Of a stretch of DNA of 37,721 bases, positions 21,947 through 32,118 are shown piece after piece (position 1 is the first letter of the stretch; each line of letters opens with the position of its first letter). The notes beneath the pieces were generated by a model. That model was not told the DNA's origin. It worked only from the letters and a program-made list of their open reading frames with translations, and did not search any database. The DNA lies in contig NC_068981.1 of assembly GCF_001194135.2 (NCBI RefSeq), forward strand, positions 151,117,704 to 151,155,424, in the 5' to 3' direction. The position numbers and the translations under genes were made by a program. This DNA is from Octopus bimaculoides. Lineage: Eukaryota.

Positions 21947-23690
21947 ATATTGGTAATGGGTGATTTAAACCTCTCTTAAATAAACTGGCTTACAAATACT
22001 ATGAAATTAGGCAACTGCACTACACAGGATAAAGCAGCAGAGGACTTAATCTTTAATTTAATGGATACATTTTTCCTGATACTACTAGTGCTTGAACCGA
22101 AAAAAAAAAAAAATAAAACGATCCTGGATGTGGTTTTGTTGTATTATGGCCCATTCAAGTAGGGAGTTATTGTTGAATGAGTTTTATCCAGGTATCGGTG
22201 GCTTACCTGGTATCCCTTGAAGAAATTTGTCTAGAGTCCGTTTAAAGATGATGCAATTTTTTTGTTTGATTTGTTTTGGAACAATGTTAATCAGGGCAGG
22301 GCCAGTTGAGGGAAAGACCACTCTAGCTCCATCCATTGCATTTCAGTTGAAAAAAACTCTCCTCTCGGAACACGACATGATACTCTGTAACTTTAATTTC
22401 CAGCATACCAAAACCAAACCAGTCACTCCCACTCCACTTCACTTATTTGACAACATAAACTTTCACAAACCAGACTGGGGAGCACTAAGAAAAGATCTGT
22501 CTTTTATCGAGTTGTCCTTCACTCACAGTTTCTCTGACATTGAAACGATATGGCAGCGCTTTGAGGACATTATTAGCTATACATGCTGAAAATACGTTCC
22601 TACGAAATTCAGAAGCACGAACAGAAACAGGCTCCCTAGAGAGAGAGAAAAAAACACTCATCAGGAATATCAAAAGACTTAAAGAAAGAAAATCAACCAT
22701 TTAGAATACTCCCACAAACAGCATTCACATTCAACAAGGAAAAGGCTTTGAGTTTGAAAAACAGCATCAGAAGATCAGCATGAAAACCTGCATTGAGAAT
22801 CAGAGAGCTGCAGAGGAACAGCGGGTAATCAAAAGAAAAAAAAATCAGAGCCCAATAAACATAAGACTGCTGTCTCACCCTTTGGTCCACTGATTGAAAA
22901 TAACAGCGTTCTCTAACACGATGCTAAAGAAATGGCAGAAATACTGCAGAAACAATATTTCTCTGTCTTAAATGATCCCACTGATATCGACGCAAGGGAT
23001 GAAAACGAAGTTGATCCTTAACATATTATCTCGGACATAACTTTTACTGCCTCAGATATCATAGTAGCAATAAATGAGATCAAGTACTGTTTTGCTGTAG
23101 TCCCTGATAGATTCCACGCTAGTGTCCTGAAGGAATGTAAACACCAACTTGCAGTCCCCCTAGCCAAGATCTGGAGACATCATTTAGACTCAGCTCTTAT
23201 CCGGTTTGTCATTCCGGTCTTCAAATAAGAAAATATATCATTAAAGTGTCTGAAAGGGTAGTGAGATCAAGGTTAGCTGGCTCCCTTGGGAACCACAATC
23301 TTCTAAATTCTAACGAGCATGGCTTTCGTTGCGGCAAGGACTGTCTAACATAGTAACACAGCTTTTACATCACAAGGATGATGTCCTGAAAGTCTTAGGA
23401 TAAGCTTCGAACTCTGATGTCATATATTTTGATTTCAGCAGTGTCCACAGAGGTGACCACATATCCTACTGTCAAAATTGTCAAAATTCCGTGCAAAACT
23501 TCTAAACTAGACTGAGCATACCATTGAGAAAAGAACACATTGTGATCGGTGGAATCCACTCATACCCAGCAAAAGTTACCAGTGGTGACGCCCAGGGGAC
23601 TGTCTTGGGGCAGCCTCTGTTTATAGTCTATATAAACGACATTTTAAGTGTCATAAAAAAAGCAAAGTCGGACTTGTTCCCTCATTGTGT
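21947..23690 (+). pseudogene. CR1/L2-like LINE ORF2 remnant (EN C-half + RT N-part)
   Basis: ILVMGDLNL..INW, TILDVVL, LSEHDMI (SDH), NFHKPDW, GPLIEN...DAKEMAEILQKQY, HGFRCGKDC, DVIYFDFS, VTSGDAQGTVLGQPLFIVYIND (SGVPQGSVLGPLLF..YIND). Many stops. Confidence 0.82.
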
Positions 23691-23950
23691 GGCAAGCAGT
23701 CCTATTTAGGTGTAACGCTGCTTCCCCAATATCGGAGGTGGTATGAGTAAAGAAACCCTGAAAAAGTGTTGCCTGCAATATGCTTAGAATTAATCGGTGA
23801 TGTCTATCCATCCAGTTTATTGCAGTCAAGATAAAGCTAAGAAAAATCAGGAAACATTTTCATCGTTAGTTGCTGGAATGTAAGAACTTTACAAAGCGCC
23901 AAAGACAGTCTTGAAAGAAAAATAGTATTAACGGCAAAGATAATCTCCTC
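23690..23950 (+). mobile_element. Probable RTE-clade LINE 5' end (UTR + start of endonuclease)
   Basis: FIVSCWNVRTL (WNVRTL at 23874-23891) followed by a degenerate ERK, as in RTE APE N-termini. Confidence 0.5.
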
Positions 23951-25165
23951 TCATAATATTCATATTGCTACTCTAAGTGAAATCAGCCACGCAGATTCCG
24001 TTATATTAAAAGATTTTTTGAGATCGAACTCAAAACCGAGTAGTTGGTATCTAACATTTGTTCATAACACTGATATTTATCGTGGTTTTCGTATTTTCTC
24101 TTCTTTATGAAGCGTCTTATTTTTCTAAATAAAAAAAAAAACAGATCTATAAAACTGATACTTGCCTCAAATTATAATAGCATTTCGATTTTAATTTTTA
24201 CTTGTGATGTCAAAACTATTGTACAACTGGTGACTGCGAAGAAGGTTGCACGAATTTGTAAGCAACAGACATTCAGTCTTTGAATGCTCGTCCATTTCTC
24301 TATATTTAATGAGAATATTGATTGCTAGTTCTTCGGCAAGTTACTACAAGTTGTACACTCCCACTGACGACTCTCTACTTTAAAACAGTGAGACGTGTTC
24401 TAAATTGTATTCTCACGCTTGCTGATGCAAGCTGCAAAATGATATTAATTATCAAAAAATATTTTCTTTCTTTGCATAATAGATTTTATCTTACTTTTTT
24501 AATATTCAATACAAAGTGAATACAGAGTAAATTCATACTTCCCACATACTATTTGCAGGTGTTAATTATGAGCAATGTGATGTAAAAATTCAATATCGTG
24601 TTAGGAATCGATTTTAAACAACGATGTATTAAATTTATTCATTGATTGTCAAAATGTCAATAAGACCTTCGGAGTTTTACGGAAAATGTTAGTTTGGATA
24701 TAAATTTTAATAATCTCCAGATGAAACAGGTACAAAAAACATTAATCTATAAAACACATGTGTCTGCCTGTGTTCTTCCACAGGTGATCGATGAGACCTT
24801 GGCTTCACCTATAAAGTCGATTCGGGTTTTATATATCGGTATATATTAATAAGAAACATTATGATATGAAACTACCGATCACATGCAAGCACATTTAGTC
24901 TGTGGCATCATTTGGTATGCTGACTGGCAGTCTTTACGGAGTTCATGCTTAGTTTTTGTTGCCTGGATGCGTGCCTCTACTCAGATAATCAGGAATTTGT
25001 GTTTTTCGTGCAAGGAGCCTGTTCAGAGAAAGCTATTTCCAGACTCTCTGACACTTCTCATAGCTTTCACAGTTATTCTCTACAAATAATTGTAGGGATC
25101 TTCCTGTCCACTGACTGTCCTCTGCTCTGTTCCACTTTCGCGTTAGATTAGTTGCCTGGTATGCG

Positions 25166-25745
25166 TACAGGGTGTGTTCAAGCTATATTTCGTCATTTTC
25201 ATAAAAGGAAAAAAAAAAAGCAAAATGTCCTCTCCAAAAATAGAAGTATTTTAAAAATTCAAAAAAATACTACTACAAAATGGCTGGAAGATAAGCCCCA
25301 ACAACAGTCGCAAGATGGTACAGTAAACTTGCAAATGCGTTCGTCAATGAGTCCTTAAGAAGCTCTTCGAACACCTCCTTCTTGATCTTGATATTCAAGG
25401 CAGAGAAGTTAGAGTCTTTCTCAATCGCACCTCATACATTATTATTATACATGGGATTGCAATCGGGAAAATTTGGAGGCGAAATATGGGGCTGCTACAG
25501 GCGTAGAAATTCTTCCACAACCTCTTCTGATTATTTCTTGAATGATAGAAAGGCGACTAATCCTGCTGCTATACATGGCAGCATCATTCCTCCCCAGTAA
25601 CATTCTTCTCCAACCAGGATTTCAGCAGCTTCACATAACCGTCTGCATTGAGCCCAAGGCCCTGTTCATCACATTTTCTCAACAACAATTCTAATATGTA
25701 TGCTCTCCAATGCCGTTGATCCAAAGATCCATTGATTTCATAACA
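25166..25745 (-). pseudogene. mariner/maT-like (D,D,D-type) transposase C-terminal remnant with one terminal repeat
   Basis: Minus strand reads GLGLNADGYVKLLKSWLEKNV...QQD*SPFYHSRNNQ..LWKNF, then PPNFPDCNPMY..V*GAIEKDSN (consensus WPPNSPDCNPLDY.VWG.VE). TA|CAGGGTG terminus at 25166-25174. Confidence 0.68.
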
Positions 25746-26888
25746 TATTCATAGAGAAGACGACAATAATGAAATGGAAATAATGTTTAAAGAAAGAAGA
25801 GAAAAGGAGTTGTGTTTACGTGTGTATCTCATTTTGAAAACCTGCCTAAAAAGATTTTAAAGAATAAAGATATAAAACCAAAAATCAGTCATGTGAAGAC
25901 CGTTTTTCATACGGACTAGCTGTTATGATATTTAATTTCGAAGAAATGCAGTGAAGGTGTCCGACAAAAAATTTATATATGCCTCTTTATAGAAGAGAAC
26001 ATTTAATTATAGTGAGGGTATCGGAAGTATCAATGGAAAACAAATCTTTGTTTGTCTTTGCCTTCCTCAATAACTCTGGGTGCGTTGAGGATGTAAGTAT
26101 GGGGAAAAGTGAAAACTTGCTTGCAGTAAACGTTTACATTTGTTTCGAAGTAGTGGTCACGAGAGTATACAGGCTTGTTTCTCCGTAAATTGCTTAGGAG
26201 ACTAGTTTGAGACTAGTGGTGGAGGCCAGAAAGCTCAGATATTTTACGCAAAAGGAAGGAGACTTACAGATTTTTCCTGCAAAAAGAAACAATAGCATCC
26301 ACAATTTCTTTGCCATCTTAAAATGATTAAATACGCAGCTGTCTTAAAAATAGTCGAACCAATATCGGATATAATATACCGGTAAAGAAGATAGGATAGT
26401 CACGGCGAGAACGACAATCGAGTAATAAATAATTGATGCACAAATATTTCTCTCGGCATTTGAGCAATTTCAGTTGAGAACTAAAGTATTTATGACTCAG
26501 TGCGAACCAGGATCTAAAACTCCGACCAAGGTGTGTTACAAAATCTAAAAATTATTTATATAACATTTACAAACATTCTAGAAAAATTAAACTTTACAGA
26601 GAAAATAGCAATAACGTCATCATGATCTGCAAAAACATCAACAACGATACAAATACACAGGTTTACACAGAATGCATTTGAATACAAACAGTCCACATAC
26701 AGAAAAATAAACTTTGTAAACATAATATTTCATAATCTAAAAATTTTGCACTTCATCATTAATAGCATTAAGATTTTGTTGTACTTGGGGATGGTCATAT
26801 TGCCAGTTTAGCCAATAAAAACACACGCACTGTATATTTGGTGTTAATTTGCTTCAGCTTTATATTACATTAATCTTAATCTTATTTC

Positions 26889-26933
26889 GGCCAGAGTTCT
26901 TTCGTCACACTTCTGTGACCTCATCAGTGGTCC
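26889..26933 (-). ncRNA. Minimal type-I hammerhead ribozyme motif (PLE/retrozyme-type)
   Basis: Minus strand: GG-A-CCA CTGATGA G GTCAC agaagt GTGAC GAAA G AA CTC/TGGCC. Intact CUGAUGA and GAAA core, 5-bp stem II, stem I CCA/UGG (+GG/CC after a bulge), 2-bp stem III, CUC cleavage triplet. Confidence 0.62.
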
Positions 26934-27869
26934 TTTGTTTCCTTCTTTCTTATGTGTGTCTCACCTTGCTAACTACCAGCATTAAGATTCTTTTTAATGC
27001 TTGTAAAATAAACGCAACATTCATGGAACAGTTATTTACGTAACCTTATTAATTCAATAGAGTAATTCCCGTGTTCCAAACTATGCTCAAATCAGGCTAA
27101 AGAGCCCATTTCCCAACAAAGACAGTTTAATCACATATATAAAAATATGTATTTAATTTAATGAATTGCAACTCTCGTGGTGTAACAGAATCTATCCAGC
27201 ACACCTGCGCTATGACCGCCACTAGAATTCATGGGCTTACAGAAATCGAGTGAGCAATAAAGACAATGCAATATGTCCAGATTGTGACATTACATTCCAC
27301 ACAATCCATCACAGCATTTCCATTAGTCATTATAGGTTCGTTATTTATAGGTTTACTCAAACGGCCCATTGATCGCTTGAGAAAAAATGGACGACCTAAA
27401 GAGTTAATGTTATTTTTGTCAGAATCATATCTGGTTATAACAAAGTAGAAAACTGAAGGAACGGTACAAGTATGCAGGTAAGGAAGAGAGGCAATAAGAA
27501 TCAGTAGAAGTGGGAGAATGATAAAGAGGAAAGTGTCATAGACGTCATTATCTCGAAAAGGACTAAGATGAAGAGAAGGAAAGCAAGGAAGAGATGAAGG
27601 GAATAGAAAGGATAGAGGAGTGAAGACATTCAATAGAAAAAAGGGACAGGAGATAGCCGAAATTAAGGAAACAACAGTCATAAAAATGTTAGTGTTTTTA
27701 ATTGGGCCGTCACACAGGAAAATATCTGCACTGTTTTCAAGCCAGTTACTCTTCAAATACTGTTTTGAAATCTGATATAAGCCACTTACACACATGACCA
27801 ACTTAAATCTTTAACATCTGGTCATTTTTAACTGTCGCGCATAATGGGGGAATTTTATAAGAAAATGAA

Positions 27870-28725
27870 TGAAAAATCAGCAGTAACTATATTATGATGG
27901 CAAGGTTGAGAAAGCTTTGGTAAGCTTGAATATTAAATAGACAGAGTAAACTGGTTATTAACAGACACCCATTCTTAGAAATACGATGAAGATGGATTTA
28001 TGGTCTAATTCATTTGAGATACTGCACTAGCTTAAGAACATTAAGGACAAAGAGAACACAAAATTCATACAATCAGATATATCCACTTACTGCGTTTCCA
28101 TTAATCCTATATCACTGAAGAAGGAACTAATTTTTGATAGGAAAATTTCTCAGGTTATAAAGGAAGAAATAGATATTATAAGGGAAGCTAGAAAAACGAT
28201 TATAAAATATAGAGGAAATCTTTGAACGAGGTAAAATAGATTTAATAACTTCGATATAACCATGGGTTCGAGCAACTCGGCTCAAGTAACAGATCTTTTA
28301 GGCATTTACATTTTAAGATCGATAGGCCCGGAATTTCCGAAACTAGGGTGCGGATCGTACAAGGATGATGCACTCTTTGCAACAGAAAATTGTAACATAC
28401 GCATATAAGGGACGTATAGGAAGAAGCTCATAAAATTCTTGAAGCGATTATGACTTAAGATATCAATAGAAACTGAGGAGTATTGTAGAGTTAATATTAT
28501 GTTCTACCTTAGCACTGGATGACATCGCCATTTCCATAGTGAAAATGAAAACCTTAAGTATGTAAGTAGAAGATCTAACTATCTAAAAAGTATCATAAAC
28601 TCCTTCCCGATGAGGTGTCTCCTGCAATCTCTAGTCTATCGGCGAATGAGAACATCTTTAAAAGACACAGGGGATACGAAAATATGGCATTAACGGAAGT
28701 TGCTTATAACGAAAAAAATCCAGTG
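27870..28725 (+). pseudogene. Penelope-like element reverse transcriptase remnant
   Basis: WSNSFEILH*LKNIKDKENTKFIQSDI; FDITMGSSNSAQVTDLLGIYIL (28250-); GSYKDD (YKDD 28358-28369); LKISIET; KYVSRRSNYLKSII; SSLSANENIF. These fit PLE RT of the FDVTMGSYDGAE/GLYRDD type. Missed by the ORF track because of stops. Confidence 0.72.
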
Positions 28726-28746
28726 TATCTCTCATGACGATTCATA

Positions 28747-29468
28747 TCTTACTATGATGAACATTATGTCCGTCTGTCGCCCGGCTGTCCGTCTGTCTGT
28801 CTGTTCCCTTTCCACGGCCAAACTGCTGGACCAATGGTCACAATGTTTTTCGGGATTACGAAGGAGGTAATCAGGAAGGTTTTTAGCGAAATAAATGTAA
28901 AGAAGTATGATTATTTACTGGATATTGAGTTTTGTATTAATAAATCATCTTTGATTTTTTTAAAATTAAAATTCCGTCAACGAGGATTAACTGTGAATTC
29001 TCAGCTCCCCGTATATTCCGGGAATTTAGAGGGTTTAAATTTGCGATACTATCCTTTTATTCCTCATCGTAGATGGACAGATTCCTAAAGATTCCACTCG
29101 CGTATCCACAGCAAAGCACAAGGCCAGACTTTAGATCGTGTAGGTGTATTTTTATCCACTCCAATGTTTACACATGGCCAATTATACGTCGCTATGAGTA
29201 GAGCAACGGACTCCCTTAATTTGAAAATTAGTTCCGACTAAACCGGAGATATCATCTACAAAAAAGTTTAGTAATCATATTAATATTATCGAAAGAAATA
29301 TGATTCATAATTTAAATAAAGGAATTTGTGAACGTGAATGTGTAAGAGTATAAAAAAGCGTAAAAGAGTGTATACAACTAAAATAAAAGTATATCTAAAT
29401 AACATTTTTTTAAATACTTTCTACGCATTGGTCGAAGGAAGCTCTGGCTTCCGTTGGGAGTGATCTAC
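28747..29468 (+). mobile_element. Internally deleted non-autonomous Helitron
   Basis: A|TCTTACTAT 5' end with (GTCT)n subterminal repeats. PIF1-helicase C-terminus [33 protein letters not shown] at 29110-29271. Hairpin GGAAGC-TCTG-GCTTCC (29437-29452) ~12 nt before CTAC (expected CTRR, so the 3' end is tentative). Confidence 0.72.
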
Positions 29469-30099
29469 ATAACATTCCTGATACAGAGGCTGGGAGGCTA
29501 TTTCTATTCGGGAGTGAAACGTCATCACATGTCACTTAGTCGCAAACACATGTCATATAGCTGCAATAGAATTCTGTATCACCAACAATAATGTGATTTC
29601 TCTGGGTAGATTTGATAGTACTAGTAATGACATCACATCACTTATAAACTTAACTCAAGTTTGCACCGGAGAGGTAATGGATGAGGAATGGCAACATATG
29701 AACAAAACATGAAGAGAAAAAACACGAGTTTAATGGTCGATCCTAAGTCGAGCAAAATCTTATGAAATTGAACAATGCAGATGTGTTATTTATTTTAATC
29801 ATTTCTTTATTATTGTTTTATTTTTAACTTTCTTATTTTTAAAAACTTCCTTTAATACTTTTTAATTTGCCTCAAATTTAATCTTATTCTAAATTTTATT
29901 TTTTAATATTAATTCTTAATCTATTAAACGGTTTACCTTTTTAAGATTATTCACATTTAAATCAATTTAGAATTATATTTGGCCTTCAATTTCATTTGGT
30001 TTTAAATAACTCTACTCGATTCTATTTTATTTTAACCCCACAACTGTCTCTCTATATTTACTAAGATAAAAAATTTAATAACCATTATCTATACCTTGC

Positions 30100-30102
<3 letters not shown>

Positions 30103-30171
<69 letters not shown>

Positions 30172-30280
30172 GACACACAAACACACACATATACACATAC
30201 ATATACATATATACATACGCACATATATACAATATGCACATACATACATACATACATAAATACATACATACATACATACA
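30103..30280. repeat. (AC)n grading into (ATAC)n microsatellite
   Basis: Read directly. Confidence 0.95.
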
Positions 30281-30359
30281 TGCTTACGCGTGCGTGTGCG
30301 TTGACTGCTGTACATTTCTACTATAAGTGAAGTAAAAAGTATTCCAAAAACGAAGCAAT

Positions 30360-31080
30360 CTCACATTTTGTTAGTGAGTGTGGCAAGCTGGCCCAAAGGC
30401 ACCACTAAGTTTGGCCACTGGAAGCTATGTAAAAAGTACTGTCTGGAAAGAGTACGGAAATGGTATGAACATGAACCAGAAGGAGTAATCGAGAACAAGA
30501 AATATAAGATATTGTGGCATTTTAGAATCCGGTTTGACTCCCTAATCGATGCTCGGAAACCAGACATTGTTGTGGTAGATTATGGAAAAAAGGAAGCCAA
30601 GATTATAGATATTGTAATACCTGGGGATGCACACATAAGTGACAAAGAACTACAAGAAATTTGAAAGCACAGACTATTAAAAGAAGAAATTGCAAGAATG
30701 TGGACAACTAGGAGAGTGTTTGTCGTCCCAGTAGTTGTAGGGGCATTCAGAGTACTACCAAGTTAGAGAAATCTGTCAGAGAAATTGGAATTGACATGAG
30801 AGCAAGTAAGTCCAAGAAGCTGCTCTGCTGGAGACAGCTAGGATTTTGAGATTGATACTTGGATGTTGAATGTCTTCCACGACAATTAACGACCAAGTAA
30901 CAAAGTTTATAATGTGCGGAAAGAGACCCTGCGAGATATCTGACAACAGGCAGCTGTTTGCTCTCACAGAATCAACCAGAGGAAGCAAGACCGACCGGTT
31001 TGAGAAGTAAAACATCAACAACAACAACATCAACAGCAACATCAACAGCCACAGCAAAAGCAACAACAGCAACAATTATG
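30360..31080 (+). mobile_element. R4/Dong-like 5'-truncated copy (RLE domain, 3' UTR, (CAA/CAG)n-like tail)
   Basis: HWKLCKKY..WYEHEPEGVIEN..KILW...ARKPDIVVVD..KIIDIVIPGD...LLKEEIARMW...VPVVVGA (PD..D..K nuclease). Confidence 0.85.
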
Positions 31081-31089
31081 GTTAATAAT

Positions 31090-32086
31090 GTGTAAGAGCT
31101 TAATGAGGGACCTAGCCGAAAGTAAGGAAAGTTGCTAGTGACAGATAGGAACGAGGGAGTACTGGAAGCAGCGAAAAAACTAAAAACGAAGGAAGAAGTA
31201 TGAAAAGGACACGAATAAGAGTTCCGCAAGAAGGGAATGCACAATCAATTCCATGTAGCCACACTAGGAGTTGCTGGAAGACAAAGGTGGGATCGGCTGA
31301 AGAAAGGAACTCTAAAAAAAAGAGACAGAGAGCACTATACTAGCAGCGCAAGACCAAGCTTTGGCCACGAACTAAAGGGCCAACCTTTGGAATGAGCGAA
31401 TATCTCCGCAGTATCGAAACTGTAACAGAGAGGACAATACCATTGCCCATATCACAAAAGAATGCCCTAGACTTTCCCCAAACCACTACAAGTTGTGGCG
31501 ACATGATCTAATAGCAAGAGTGTTACATTGGAAGCTGTGCAAATAGTGGGAGCTAGAGAGAGACAAGACGTGTTATGCACACAAACCTCAGAGAGTGGCG
31601 GAGTTGGAGTCTAGTAAAATGCTCTGGGATTTCCCAATCGAAACAGATCAGGCGTTTGAGCCTAACAGACCTGACCTGGTGCAGGTCGACAAGATGCACC
31701 ACATGTGCTACATAGTTGATGTTTCATGGCCCTTTGAGCCACTAATAGTCAAGTGGGAAGGCGAAAATATAGATAAATACAACCCTCTTAAGTAAGAAAT
31801 AGCCAGGATGTAGAAAATGAAGAAAGTGAAGATATTTCCAATTATTGTTGGATCCTTGGGGACAGTATCAGAAGGCATCAAGAGGAATATTAAGAAAATT
31901 GAAACAGAGTACCCAATAGAACTATTACAAAAGGTCTGTTTCCTTGGCACGGTCAGAATAATCAGGTAAGTATTAGATATCTGAAAAGAACGGTTAGCAT
32001 ACCGTAAGTTACAGGTATCAACCCCGCAACGCATGTTTCAAGAAAATCTGCGATAAAAAGAAATAATAATAATAATAATAATAATC

Positions 32087-32118
<32 letters not shown>
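31090..32118 (+). mobile_element. Second R4/Dong-like 5'-truncated copy ending in (TAA)n
   Basis: LKKETESTILAAQDQAL, HITKECP, RHDLIARVLHWKLC, MLWDFPIETD..PNRPDLVQVD..YIVDVSWP, PIIVGSLGTV, LLQKVCFLGT; (TAA)n tail 32063-32118. Confidence 0.85.

Noticed and set aside
24785-24825. CGATGA-GAC...GTC-GATT, a possible decayed hammerhead
   Set aside because: Both core strands are mutated (no CUGA, no GAAA) and there is no stem I or III.
29610-29626. CTAG|T as an alternative Helitron 3' end
   Set aside because: No convincing GC-rich hairpin upstream; the 29437-29468 end was preferred, tentatively.
30776-31075. Leu-rich 'signal peptide' ORF on the minus strand
   Set aside because: Antisense of the (CAA/CAG)n tail of the R4-like fragment.
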